Assembly (NCBI RefSeq): GCF_006345805.1
Contig: NC_042999.1
Location: 51,584,001 to 51,648,000 of the forward strand
Source of the DNA: Octopus sinensis
Lineage: Eukaryota
Length of the DNA stretch: 64,000 nucleotides
Direction of reading: 5' to 3'
In this document: in pieces, positions 38,664 to 50,839 of the stretch
How positions within the stretch are numbered: the stretch's first letter is position 1
How the letters are laid out: every line of letters begins with the position of its first letter
The notes under the pieces: generated by a model
Told to the model about the DNA's origin: nothing
What the model saw: only the letters and a program-made list of their open reading frames with translations
The model's database searches: none
Made by a program: the position numbers and the translations under genes

Positions 38664-39483
38664 AACGCAAAAGAAATAGACAAAGAAAAATCCCAGCAAT
38701 GGTTGAGAAGCTCAGGACTCAAAGCAGAAACAGAGGGATTTTTAATTGCAGCACAAGACCAAAGCCTCCCCACCAGAAATTACCAAAAACATGTAATGAA
38801 AAGAAATATTACATGTAACTGCAGAATATGTGGAGATGGACAAGAAACAATAAATCATATTATCTCTAGCTGCCCAGTCTTGGCTAAGAAGGAATATATT
38901 CACAGACATGACAGAGTTGGAACCTACATACATTGGAAGCTATGCCAACATTATGGAATAACAACAGAAAAAAGATGGTATAGGCACACACCAGAAAAGG
39001 TCACAGAAAACGAGAAAGCAACCATACTCTGGGATATGCCGATACACACAGATAGAGAAATTAAGGCCAACAGACCAGATATAGTTGTCAGAGATCATGA
39101 AGAAAAAAAATGCTTTCTAATTGATGTATCAATACCGGCTGATGACAACGTGTCTCTAAAAGAAATGGAGAAACTCTCAAAATACAAAGACCTGGAAATA
39201 GAGGTAACTAGAATGTGGAATCTGAAAACAGAAACAATTCCTATCATAGTAGGTGCATTAGGCATGATAAAAAAATATTCAGACAAATACATAACAAAAA
39301 CACCAGGACTTACAAACACATATAACATACAGAAAATTGCACTACTAGGCACTGCACACATCCTACGCAGAACACTTTCCATACAATAACCATCAGAGCA
39401 TCACAACAAATCACAGCACATACCCAAGGCACACAGAGCTGTGCTCGGTAGTGAAGTGAAAGCACGCTATAAAAATAAAACTA

Positions 39484-39486
<3 letters not shown>
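38664..39486 (+). mobile_element. Young 5'-truncated R4/Dong-like retrotransposon, subfamily d, inserted in (TAA)n
   Basis: An uninterrupted C-terminal ORF plus a 3' UTR of about 100 nt. (TAA)n lies on both sides, at 38566-38663 and 39487-39540. Confidence 0.95.
38703..39389 (+). CDS. C-terminal part of an RLE non-LTR retrotransposon ORF (CCHC zinc knuckle plus PD-D/E restriction-like endonuclease); truncated, not a standalone gene
   Basis: ETEGFLIAAQDQSL, CRICG...ETINHIISSC, RHD, ILWD, NRPDIVV...LIDVSIP, K.SKY.DL and PIIVGALG, with no internal stop. Confidence 0.9.
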   Translation: MRSSGLKAETEGFLIAAQDQSLPTRNYQKHVMKRNITCNCRICGDGQETINHIISSCPVLAKKEYIHRHDRVGTYIHWKLCQHYGITTEKRWYRHTPEKVTENEKATILWDMPIHTDREIKANRPDIVVRDHEEKKCFLIDVSIPADDNVSLKEMEKLSKYKDLEIEVTRMWNLKTETIPIIVGALGMIKKYSDKYITKTPGLTNTYNIQKIALLGTAHILRRTLSIQ

Positions 39487-39541
<55 letters not shown>

Positions 39542-39944
39542 GATAAAGGAAATTGTGGAAGACTTGAAGGAAGCGGCCTGTTAACGAAAATAATCGTAAA
39601 AACGAAATTTTACGGCCATACAATGCACAGTTTCTCCTATGCACTAGGTCTTAGTGAAACATGTGCGAAAGACACATGCTAAATCAACATCGGAAAGCTT
39701 AGAAATTATAAAATATAAGTGGAACAAAACAGCAAGTACGTAAATTGATTAATTACGCATACACTCGAATGTCCACACAATCATATATACATTTGAATAC
39801 CCATAGGACTAAACACACGTCCCAATGTTTACACAACTACGTGAAATTTACAGGACACACATACACGCATATGAAAGCACGTGCCACAAACTAAGCAAAA
39901 AAATTATTTTTCAAAATAACACTAGATTTATACTCTGTAAGCCC

Positions 39945-40220
39945 CCTGGACTTATAACCCTGTAAGCCTTGTGCTTATTCTCTCTGTCTCTTCCGCCGAA
40001 TCGCTAAGTTACGGAGACGCAAACACACCAACATGGGTTGTCAAGCGGTGGTGGTGATGGGACAAACATAGACACAAACACGCACATATAAATACACGCA
40101 CGCACACACGCACACACGCGCGCGCGCATATATATTTATAGATGACGGGATTGTTTCAGTTTCCGTCTACGAAATCCTCTCACAAGGTTTTGGTCTGCCC
40201 GAGGCTATAGTAGAAGGCAC
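39945..40220 (-). mobile_element. SINE family B fragment
   Basis: Aligns with 3840-4070. Confidence 0.85.
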
Positions 40221-40864
40221 TCTGTAAAGTATAGAGTTGAATTTCCTGTAGCCACCTGTTGGCAACTTTTCTCCCCCACCCATTTTGTAGGGCTTTTTAC
40301 CCATTTTCCAGGGCTCTTTTTACAGTTATATCCCGTTCAAAATTTGCATTGGGTTTTGCACGGCAATAAAAGGAAAAGGTGGGGGCTTGTTTGTAGTTTG
40401 TAGAGAAAATGTTACACGTCTTCCGCCCCACCGCCCAACTAAAAGACACGAAGAACTATCAAACAAGGCGAATAAGTATCGAGGGTGGGTGGGGAAAAGA
40501 AGCAGGAACCTCGTCATCGTAACCGACGGAGTGCCATTTTCTAAAACGAGTGAAAGAAAAAGAAATGTTCCATATCTGAAGGAAAAAATGTCATGGGTTT
40601 AGTGTAAGTAGTGAAAGCTAAGATGAAATAATTACTATTCCGTCGTGTAGTAACTTCGCTCTCGACTCACGCTCACTTTGATAACAACAACTTGCACATT
40701 GGTGTTTATCTGGAGGCTTGGCCAGCCTCCAGATCTGTGAAACACATAAATGCCGCTGTTAGGACCGGATTAACACCCAGTGACTCTAACAACTAAAAAG
40801 ATTTTCCTGCCCTTATGATGCATCTTTTTTCGTTTTCTTGCTACCACTTGAAGGTTTATCTTGC

Positions 40865-41010
40865 TGCAGTCCACTCAGCTGGCCAAATGAGTAACTGTAA
40901 TTCAAAGGGACCAGATTTGTCACATTCTGTGTGAGGCTGAATCTCCATGAGAACTACATTAATGGTATGCTTGTCTGTGGAGTACTCAGCCATTTGCATA
41001 TTAATTTTAT
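40865..41010 (+). mobile_element. Fragment of another SINE family (3' end of the same family at about 40500-40535)
   Basis: gcagtccactcagctgg...ctgaatctccatgagaactacattaatggtatgcttgtctgtggagtactcagcc resembles a mollusc SINE body I recall. No second full copy exists in this window. Confidence 0.45.
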
Positions 41011-41372
41011 CCTAGGATGGTAATGAAGAGTGAAAGTGACATCCAATATCTGCTGTAGTTGTCTTTAATTTACCAATGTGTTTACGTATGTACTTTTCTT
41101 TGGATCTATGTATCAGTCTGAAAATACTGATAAACATTTAAAAACACATTTGAAAACAAAGAAGGGAAAGCCACCTTCCTTTCAGTCACCACTCACTGTC
41201 TCTCTCACTCTCTGTCATTTTCTCTTTGTACTTCTCCCTTCAACCTTTTTACCTCTTCCTTTGAAGTAAGTGTGACACACACCACAGGTAAGTACGTACA
41301 AAAACAAAAAAAGTTAGCGTATTAATATTACAGGTAACAACAACAACATCATCAACAACAACAATAACAATA

Positions 41373-42583
41373 CAGAGTACAGGTGGTTATGGACGAGGAG
41401 TGACCTGAAGATAGAGACAGAAGCACTTATATACAGCTCAAGAAGTGTTAACTATTCTGTGAAGTGCAGAATAGACAACACTACCGATAGCGACAAATGC
41501 AGGTGTGAAAAAGTATGGCACATCGTTAGCGAATACCCGGAATTGGCACAACGCAAATACAAAAGATATCATGACAATGTGGCAAGAATGATCCATTGGG
41601 AGATCTGTGGAAATCACAGCCTACAAAGTGCAAAATGTGGTATGAGAAAACGCCAGGAGGAGTCACCGAGGATGAGAATCGCAAAATTCTGTGGGATGCA
41701 ATGATCCAGTGTGATCACATGACCAGACGTAGGAAATCGGACATTGTTGTGGTGAATAAAAAAGAAAGAACATACATGATAATCGACATAGCAGGTCCCG
41801 GTGACAACAGGATAAAGGAAGGAGGAGAAGAAAAAGAAGAAGAAGAAGGAGAAGAAGAAGAAGGAGGAGGAGAAGAAGAAGGAGGAGAATAAAACTAGGA
41901 GAAGAAGAAGGAGAAGAAGAAGGAGAAGAAGAAGGAGAAGAAGAAAAAGACGAAGAAGAAGAAGGAGGAGAAGAAGGAGAAGAAGAAGAAGAAGAAGGAG
42001 AAGAAGAAAAAGACGAAGAAGAAGAAGGAGGAGAAGAAGGAGAAGAAGAAGAAGAAGGAGAAGAAGGAGAAGAAGAAGAAGGAGAAGAAGAAGAAGGAGG
42101 AGAAGAAGAAGAAGGAGAAGAAGAAAAAGACGAAGAAGAAGAAGGAGAAGAAAAAGACGAAGAAGGAGAAGAAGAAGGGGGAGAAGAAGAAGAAGAAGAA
42201 GAAGGAGGAGAAGAAGAAAGAAGAAGAAGAAGGAGAAGAAAAGAAGAAGAAGAAGAAGAAGAAGAAGAAGAAGAAGAAGAAGAAATAAACAACCATGACG
42301 ACTTGAAGTGGGAAATCAGATGTTTGTGGTCGATGATGAGAGTAGACGTGATGCCAATAGTAATTGGTGCAGTTGGAAGTATCAGCATTCAATTACCAAC
42401 ATGGCTGAAAGAGATTGGTGCAAGTGTGAAGGTAGAACACCTACAAACATAGCATTGCTTGGAACTGTAAGAATTCTTCACAGATTTCTTGAAGCATGAC
42501 CAGTAAACAAGTGTCACCTCAACCTGCTGACTGTGGACAGCAGACACCATACTCATACTCAGCAAGATGTGAGTTTTCATCAC

Positions 42584-42600
<17 letters not shown>
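41373..42600 (+). mobile_element. R4/Dong-like subfamily c 3' portion interrupted by a purine-repeat expansion
   Basis: Aligns with 32640-33320 on both sides of 41815-42285. (TAA)n then (TGA)n follow at 42584-42645. Confidence 0.9.
41815..42285. repeat. (GAA/GGA)n expansion with higher-order units
   Basis: Almost purely purine on the plus strand. The marker aaaaagacgaag recurs at about 41944, 42007, 42124 and 42150. Confidence 0.97.
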
Positions 42601-42645
<45 letters not shown>

Positions 42646-42704
42646 AATACTTTCATTTATTGGCCACAAGGGCCGAACACAAAATAATATGGACGATACA
42701 ATAG

Positions 42705-43066
42705 AAGTTAAGTTAAGTTAAGTTAAGTTAATTTTTTGGCTCAAAAAGCAAAAAACAAGGCCATGTAGGGGGACATGGAGTTATGTACAGGGAGGGTGTT
42801 CATGCAAAGAGTTCAGGCCATTTCTGGTCAAGAGAGACTTTGAACCGAGCGGTCGTCGGCATCTTCACTATCTCGTCCGGCAGCTTATTTCACGGATCCG
42901 CAACCCGGACGGAGAAAGCCCCCCCCCTCCTTCGATTGAGATGAAATCGTTGCAGATAGAGCTTTTCGGAGTGACCCCGCAGCCGACGCCCTGGAGCAGG
43001 AGTGAAGAACAGCTCTTTCGAGAGGTTACACTTTCCGCTTATGATGTGGGGACAAATGGGGTGTTG
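42705..43066 (-). mobile_element. CR1-clade LINE 3' end with (TTAAC)n tail
   Basis: ELFFTPAPGRRLRGHSEKLYLQRFHLNRRRG(G)AFSVRVADP*NKLPDEIV...FKVSLDQKWPELFA* is a typical CR1 C-terminus. The tail (gttaa)n lies at 42705-42731. Confidence 0.92.
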
Positions 43067-43108
43067 AACAATAAGTAACAGAAACAATTAACAAAACAAT
43101 GTGTAAGA

Positions 43109-43174
43109 TTCTTCGGGTGTCTTTGTGAGGAATTCCCTCAGAAGAGGGAATTCCTCACAAGGACACCCGAAGAA
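43109..43174. other. Near-perfect 66-nt hairpin (31-bp stem, 4-nt loop)
   Basis: TTCTTCGGGTGTCTTTGTGAGGAATTCCCTC-AGAA-GAGGGAATTCCTCACAAGGACACCCGAAGAA, with one G-U pair on the plus strand. Confidence 0.95.
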
Positions 43175-43419
43175 CCCCACCCATTCTGGTTATCCCGACC
43201 GTCAGATGCACCACAGCAGGGGCCTCTCTCCTTCTCAATCTCTCCGGTTTACAAGCTAAAGTTCGGAGTAGGTCCATTCACACAGGCCACCTGGGCCCAT
43301 CTAACGGCTTTCGTCTCCTCATATCTTAGATGACGCGCCCTAGCTCTGACAACGCAACTTTCGTGCTTGGCATTGAATAATTGACCAAGAGCCAATCTTG
43401 CCGCCATTCCGTCAGTCGC

Positions 43420-43960
43420 AATGCCTACCCTGAACTATTGAGAAATCTGTAGTTACTCTATCCAGATTACAAGTTCAGGTTTATACCTGTAATTATCGGA
43501 GCCCTGGGATATGTAACACACTGCCTAAATAACAATCTTGAGAAATTAGGCTTCTCAAAACAAGAAAGGAGAAAGCTGATTCGAAACTACAGATCCAATC
43601 CGTCACTAGAACTGTAAAAATCTGTAAAACATTCCGGATGTTTATCATTTAAATATATCTGAGCATGTCTAGATGTGCAACTATATGCATGAGAATACAT
43701 ACATAAAACATACAAATCTGTACATACATACATACATACAAAAATACCCTGTTGATGTTGAAATTCCAATGAAACCGGCTCTTTCTCTACTGGCAAGAAA
43801 TCTTGAAATAAAACTGTATAATGACATACATACATACTCGGTTTCACGGAAAAAAGAGCAAAGGAAACTAACTCGGATTCCCCTAATCTGATCTATTAGT
43901 GGGACAGTGAAGATTTGTAAGACATTGCAAAAATTCTCCGTGAATAGATGTAGACAGTTG
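43420..43960 (+). mobile_element. Two tandem R4-like subfamily e 3' fragments (43420-43824 and about 43840-43960)
   Basis: ELLRNL*LLYPDYKFRFIPVIIGALGYVTHCLNNNLEKLGFSK matches 36580-36810. The second copy, GFTEKEQRKLTRI...SGTVKICKT, starts after catacatacatac (43825-43837). Confidence 0.85.
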
Positions 43961-45115
43961 GGCATTGATCGTTCAACCAACAGTCCAACTTAACCACACA
44001 TTCACAAAAGCTGGAAACTCTGAATTCAAAATGTGTTGTTGCTTTGTTAGCGACCGGTTTGAACTCTCTGAAGAAGAACTTAATTTGCAACCAAGACAAT
44101 AGAACTCTGTAATTTGCAAAACAACAAAAAATCTTGTGTACTGTTGAAAGGAATATTCCAGGAAAATTTAGATTTTTTTCTGAAGAATGGTTCTATAAAA
44201 TGTAACATTTGTAAGATAGTCGTCTACCAAAGCTAAATTACTGGAACTTGTTGGTGTTATGGTGTAGAGGTATTTTATATTTTAAGTATTCCGACCAAAT
44301 GTTACTACAAACGTAAACCACCTTTCATTGTAAATCTTTTAGACTTCACCAATATCAATCGACTGCTATCGTTTGTCAGCAAACATCGGTAATAGCTAGA
44401 TTAAAAGAAAATTACCATGACGCTTGATTTCTTTCTTTTATTTTCTTAAGGAACACAACTAGATATTTTCTTGAACAGAAAGGTATCTACACGAAAAGCG
44501 GTTGGCTCCCTGCCAATTGGTGAATATAATGAATGGTTTTTTGCAGTTATCTTCACTGATACATGAATAATGGAGTGTGGCTGACATTGAAAATGGAACA
44601 AAAGACGAATCCAGGTGAAACTCCGACCATTTTTAAAATCATGAATAGCAGCAAGAAAAGCAGCGATATCGACCAATTCTTTTGATCATATTCTTTAAAA
44701 TGGAATATAAGTTTAGATAATTAATAGCTCATGTAGAACACGTCAGCTTCCAGTTTACATGACGGCGATCAGTGAGAGTATTAATTCAAAGGAAATTAAG
44801 ATCTTGAAGCGACCACATAGAGTTTGTTGAGCAAGTCTTTTGTCAGAAGCACTTTAAGCCATGACGTCTGATAGTGAAAGTGAAGTTACGGTTGAGGAAC
44901 AGAAGAAACTATCTACTTACAATCCGAGTTCAATTCCCGCTGGAGTGAATTTGATTTTTTAAACAATGTTTTGGGGTCGAAATTACCTGTAGTATACTAG
45001 TGTCAATAAGTAACTCTGATATACCAGTGTCTACAAGTACTCGTAATATATTGGTGTAGATTCAATGTTGGAATTAGATATTTCAATATGACATCAGGAA
45101 GTACAGAAACAGTAG

Positions 45116-45502
45116 TGGAGGCGCAATAGCCCAGTGGTTAGGGCAGCAGCCCCGCGGTTTCGATTCCCAGACCGGGCGTTGTGTGTGTTTATTGAGCGAA
45201 AGCACCTAAAGCTCCACGAGGCTCCGGCAGGGGGTGGTGGCGATCCCTGTTGTACTCTTTCGCTCCAACTTACTCTTACTCTTTCTTCCTGTTTCTTGTC
45301 CCCGACTTCCTACGCAACCGCTGAGCCTGGATGCGCATTCATTCATCCGTCGATGCTCTCGGTGTCGGGGGTTGACCTGCTTTCTCTTCTGCGGGTCTTA
45401 CGAATAGCAAAGGACCGCGATTCGGACTCCTCCCACTGCGAGCTCTGGGACGAAGACCGCTTCACTCAACAGCAACAGCAACAGCAACAACAACAGAAAC
45501 AG
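45116..45502 (+). mobile_element. tRNA-derived SINE, family D, with (CAACAG)n tail
   Basis: Perfect A box TAGCCCAGTGG (45127-45137), B-box-like GGTTTCGATTCCC (45156-45168), a GC-rich body and a simple-repeat tail. Confidence 0.85.
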
Positions 45503-45956
45503 TAGACGAGGTGAACGTTTAATGAACTTATTATAAATCGAACCCAGGGCATGCTGGGAAATGATTAAACATCGTATATTCGTTTCCCCGTATGCTCTGA
45601 GCTCAATTAACTCAATTTTCATGTTAACTCCAATAAATCTCGCAAACAGCCAGATGGGGGTGGTTTATCTGAGCGACTGATTAAACCAGTGCCCTGTTCC
45701 TCACCTAAGAATAGTGCCGTCTATCAAACGGTGTGGCACGAATTCCTCTCCTAGCTTTGGATTGGCCCAACATTATGCTAGAAATACTTTCTCATTTCCA
45801 TAATGTCTCTATACTCGGGTATAAACTATCTTAATCATTGTATAGTGTATATCAGATCTGCAAGGTTGTAATTACCTCTAGACCAATTAACCGTTGTCTA
45901 CTGATAATTACATCGTCTGTGATTGTTGTGTCCAAGATGTGCCTGTAGTTACACCT

Positions 45957-46325
45957 TCATCATCATCATTGTTCGACCGTGGTCGAGACAATGGAATTTA
46001 CCATGCTACGCCAGACTTCACGGTCCATCATGGCATTACGGAGGTCCTGTTGCTGGATGCCTGTATCCCTGGAGATTACATCAGGGTAGGAGAGTGTGCG
46101 CCCTCTGGTATTGCGAGTAGATGGCTTCCAGAGGAGAAGAGTAGAAATTACTTCTTTTTCAGCTCTACAACAATGTCCAGCAAACTGGACTCTCCTACCT
46201 TTCACAAGAGATGACACAGGTGGTAGTTTCCCATATATTTGCATTTTGGTTGGATGGCGCTTCCACGAGAGATTTTGAGCTCTCATAAGGAGGCGAGTGT
46301 AGGTTCCATCCAACCGCCTCTACAC
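45957..46325 (-). mobile_element. RTE-clade LINE 3' end with (TGA)n tail
   Basis: Intact ORF end RRVQFAGHCCRAEKEVISTLLLWKP...RGRTLSYPD..SRD...AMMDREVWR, followed immediately by (tga)n. Confidence 0.9.
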
Positions 46326-46926
46326 CTTAGTATTACTTATAATTAATGATAACATACTAAACATTGATATTCCTTACCCTCCGTAAATGCTACAATATGT
46401 CTCTTAAATTCACACATTATCTTCATCACCAACGATATATATTTCTGACTCTACTAATCTGGATTTCTAGCTTTCTACACTAATCCCTTGTGTTCCTACA
46501 AAACCAGTCCCCATTTCACAAAGTTCCGTTTAATGTCACCAATATTTTTCAGCAGAAACGTAGTGAAATTAAGTTGGAATATCGCCATTCTGATTGTCGA
46601 AGCAGTGGCACTGAGTTGGAAGGGTTAGCTATCTCACAACAGAAATGTATGAGGACTGTATCGTATTGTACCCTTCAGAACAAAGGAAAAAAAAAAGGAA
46701 AAAAGTTCTAGGCTGATCTGAGACCTTACTTGTGTCTGGCAATAATGTACAAAGTAAAGATAGAAATTGAAGATTAGTCCATTTTCTTTACGGAAAGGTT
46801 TATATATTTGTTTGTCATAGAGTTCAATGCAATGTTTATAGAGCAGTTATGTTACTGTGGAGCTGTAGATAATAGAAAGGTTTTAGTAATTATAGTAATT
46901 AAAGCCATCAATATTATCTGATGGAG

Positions 46927-47140
46927 AAGGCGGCCAGCTGGCTGACTCGTTAGCAAGTCGGGCAAAATGCTTAATGGCATTTCGTCCGTATTTAAGTTCT
47001 AAGTTCACATTCCGCCGAGGTTGAATTTACTTTTCATCATTGCGGGGTCGATAAAATAAGTACCATTTAAGTACTGGGTCGATGTAATCGACTCATCTCC
47101 TCCCCTGAACTTGCTGGCCTTGTGCCAAAATTGGAAATCG
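46927..47140 (+). mobile_element. SINE family A (3' type 2)
   Basis: Has the family head and core. A more degenerate fragment follows at about 47190-47280. Confidence 0.88.
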
Positions 47141-48338
47141 TTATTATCTGTTGGAGAAAGAGCTGTGGATGGCGAAGACAGAAAGTTTTAGATAAGATGC
47201 CTTGTGGTATTTACCCTCGGCTATCTACATTCTGAGCTCTAATCCGGCTTAAGTGAGTTTTATATTTTACCTTTCCTGCCAATAAGGTTACTTTGGAGTA
47301 TTGGAAATTAATTAACTTCAAGATAATCTTTCTTTAATGTCTTGGATCAAACTCATTATCTCATCTTAAGAGGATCGGTCGTTTTCTCCGCTGTTAACTG
47401 AATGTTATTATAAACGAAGATAAAGGTTATGTCTAAGTAAAAGAATTTGCAATGCTTAGTTATTGAAGTGTGGCAAAAATGCAGTTGGCTGATTGAAGTA
47501 CAATCGATCTCTAGTCCACATTGGATCAATTTTAAAGAGATAAAAAACAGCAACAAAAAACAAAAACAGCGGCAAGATTGTCCGGAAGAATATGAAGAGA
47601 TGAAAGTAACTACAACTCTAAATACAACTCTGAGATATTTAATTGGTTGAGAGATAATGATATACTTCTATTGACTTACACAATTATGGAATAGTTTACC
47701 GTTCTTTAAGAGACATTACCAGTGACGGAAGTTAAATCAGTTTCGAATTATGGCCGGGCATTTTGTATTCGTGTTCTTTATACTCAGGCGCTATGTGATA
47801 TTACAAAGGGAATTAGTGACCATAAATGAAAAGATATAGCGATAAATAGCAATTAAAACTGGCTTGAGATGGGGAGCATTTCCTTTCAGCTGTTGTCACT
47901 TATTTTCGATACAGATGATAGCATGTAATTCTCTTGATTAAGTGAGGATGAGTTTGCATTCAACTAAAGATATTCTGTCTAGTCGCAAGACTTGCAACAT
48001 TATTGGTGAAGAAATAAATCAATATTTAGGTACATTAGTAAGCTGATGTTCTCAGATCAGATTTTGAAGTAGAAACCATTAAAAATTAAACAAAAACCTC
48101 ACTTCTATAACAATTCATTTGGCTCTTTAATAAAACACTAGATAAAGATCACATTCTCAGTAAGTGAAATTAAATCCGGTCGTTTGATAGAAAATGACAC
48201 CTAGCCGAGAAAAATCGATTAGCACCCGAGACTGATGATACGGTGAAGTTAATATCTATAACCGATCAACAAAGAAAGACGTTAAATTTAGAAAATATTC
48301 GAGATATAAGGAAACACGAAGCGAAGAATCAGGGTGGG

Positions 48339-48344
<6 letters not shown>

Positions 48345-48401
<57 letters not shown>

Positions 48402-48458
48402 AGGAAGATGCTTTATCTAAGGAAACCTGACAAACTTGAAGAAAGAGAGAGAGAGAGG

Positions 48459-48502
<44 letters not shown>
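48345..48502. repeat. Two (GA)n tracts
   Basis: Directly visible. Confidence 0.95.
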
Positions 48503-48505
<3 letters not shown>

Positions 48506-49509
48506 AGTGAATGTAAAGATTTATTAAAAACAATTCCGTTGTTGAACATGACACACATTCATTATTGAATATAGTTTGAAAGTTTTATTAATTAAAATTT
48601 TGCATTAATAGAGACTGGTGAGCTACAACAAGAATTAATTGGAAGAAAATGGTTTGAAATATATTTATGCAAAATATAGCGTTCATTCTTAATTAATTTG
48701 CATGTAAAACAATCGATGAGGTACATACATTGACCAGTCGTCCGCCGCAGAATGTCGAACAAGTTCACGTTGTAAGATGATGATGATGATGATGATGATA
48801 GAAAGTAAATATATCTGATGTATGGATATAAATAGAATTAGAGCTCTCTCTCTCACACACAGACACACACCTATGTAAGATTGGCAGGTTGGCATAGTGG
48901 TGCTTAAATGAGAATTAAAATCGCTTATCAATAATCAAAATAAATTTATTTGAATAAAAATGCAAGTGCAATACTTTGAATGATTCAGTTAGACTTATTC
49001 TACAGCACGCGCGCACACACACACACACATACACACGCATACACACAAACACACACGCGTGCATACACACACAAGCATGCATGCACACACGCGCAACACA
49101 CACACGCATACATACAGAAATGCAAATAAACATACACACGAACACAAACACCCACACAATATCTTTGATTTGATTTGGTTAATCTTTTTGGATCCAAATT
49201 AGTCGGGGATCTGGGCTCAATATCTTCAAAGTGCCATTAATGTCCCGAAGATATCAACGAAAAGGACAAACTGACCTGGTCAATTAAAATCATCATTATT
49301 TTAAACTTGAAGACCTGTAAAATACGGATTTATTAAATACTTCATCGCTGTTTAAGATAAAGTGCAGAAAGAATTACTTTTGGATCTAGAACAGTTTATA
49401 AAATCTGAGGTATGTGATTTAGAAAATTGTAAGAATTCAAGGAAATTTCTGAGTTGTTTTGAAGTGGAACATCTTCAATTAGGAGAGAGTTACATTTAAG
49501 AAATATTTA

Positions 49510-50093
49510 TCTGTATATATAAAAGGCAGGATGTGCGTGTGTGTGTGTGTGTGTGTGCGCGAATGTAATTTATGCGCGTCCACAAATTAGCACGCATGTC
49601 GCTCCAATTTTAGGAGGACAATCGTCATGATCCTAGCTGTATTTTCGTCAGCTTATTTCCACAGAGGCACCAGCGAATAGCAGTAAAAATAAATTTTCAA
49701 CCACAACTTTTAACGATTTTCAAGTCGGAGAAAACACCATTGTTTGCAAATAGGAGTTAAGTCCCCTTCTAGCGACGAGTAAGTTTTTGTTATGACTTTT
49801 GTTGCTTTTTTCCATTGAAGAAAAAAGTGTTTTGTTGATATGCAGGCAACACTCACACACACACACGAACATGTATGCGGACAAAAACATGTATGCAATA
49901 GGTGTACGTACGTACTTGAGTGTATGTATATGTGTGTGTGTTGCTTATATATATATAAAAATATATATATATAAACCAATTTCAACGGATTTCGCCGAAA
50001 TTTGACGTCGATCTTACTTAGGTTTGAAATAAAGAACTTGATTAGCTTAATAATCCTAACTTAATCCCGGGCAAAGCCGGGTTATACTGCTAG
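49510..50093 (+). mobile_element. Non-autonomous Helitron (584 bp)
   Basis: 5' A|TCTGTATATATAAAA, 3' hairpin CCCGG-GCAAAG-CCGGG (50066-50081), then CTAG|T (50090-50094). Inserted between A and T, with no TSD. Confidence 0.85.
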
Positions 50094-50839
50094 TGGAATT
50101 TAAATCCCAATCGAAAGTCTCCTAGTCGAATTGATATTCAAAACAAGAAAATTCAGAAACACTTCTAAGATTTTAAAGGAGGAATATTTGCCTACCTTGA
50201 AATCATTTATTGATTTACTTTTATAAAACATGTAGACGGATTTCAAAAGTCAGTGTGTAAAGAATGATTCTAGATATGTCGACCTCCCTCCTCACCACAC
50301 TCTGCAGTGTAAGTATTGACTTCGGATGCAGATTTCTCTTAAAATAACTGCATGTTAATGGAGGAAGAAATTCTTCTACTTCGGTAACTAAATAGGGTTA
50401 CTTTAGTTCTTGTGTAAAACAACTGTCAGATGAGATTTGGAAAGTAAAAACAACCAAGATTGGTTTCTGACGCCGGGGTGCTTCCTGAAAAGGTGTGATG
50501 GAGACGGGCATAAGAGCGAGACTACTTATATAAGATTTCTATTAGTTTTGTAGACTTAGCAGCTCTAGAAGCAAGACGAAACACTTTGATATTGTTTAAC
50601 GTCCAAAAGGAATAAAATACGTGAAAGAAAGAGAGATCGAGTGAGGAAGTGGATGAGCAGCAAAAGAGACTGTAAAACGAAAATAGAGAAAACAGTTGCA
50701 ATGAAATTTGTTCTAGATTTCAGATTATATCGTATGCAATTATTATTTTCTCTCTGATTATATTTTAAAGATTGAGTTATACAGGATCTTCCACAAATTG
50801 AACCTGGAAAACTTTTTCCAATATTAGAGGTTTTGACTA

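Noticed and set aside
40326-40602. GC-box-rich region and ORFs as a promoter or first exon
   Set aside because: Part of it is a SINE 3' end (40500-40535), and there is no independent evidence for a transcript.
40708-40734. Perfect 11-bp hairpin as a Helitron 3' end or terminator
   Set aside because: No CTRR terminus follows on either strand, and Rho-independent terminators do not apply to this genome.
41663-42392. 241-aa Ser/Pro-rich and 165-aa Phe-rich ORFs
   Set aside because: They are antisense readings of the GAA/GGA expansion inside a LINE.
47590-47630. Hammerhead-like atgaaga...ctc-taaa (similar hints at 5380, 16133 and 55908)
   Set aside because: Core nucleotides are mutated or stem II is missing. 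Only 6783-6829 satisfies the full topology.
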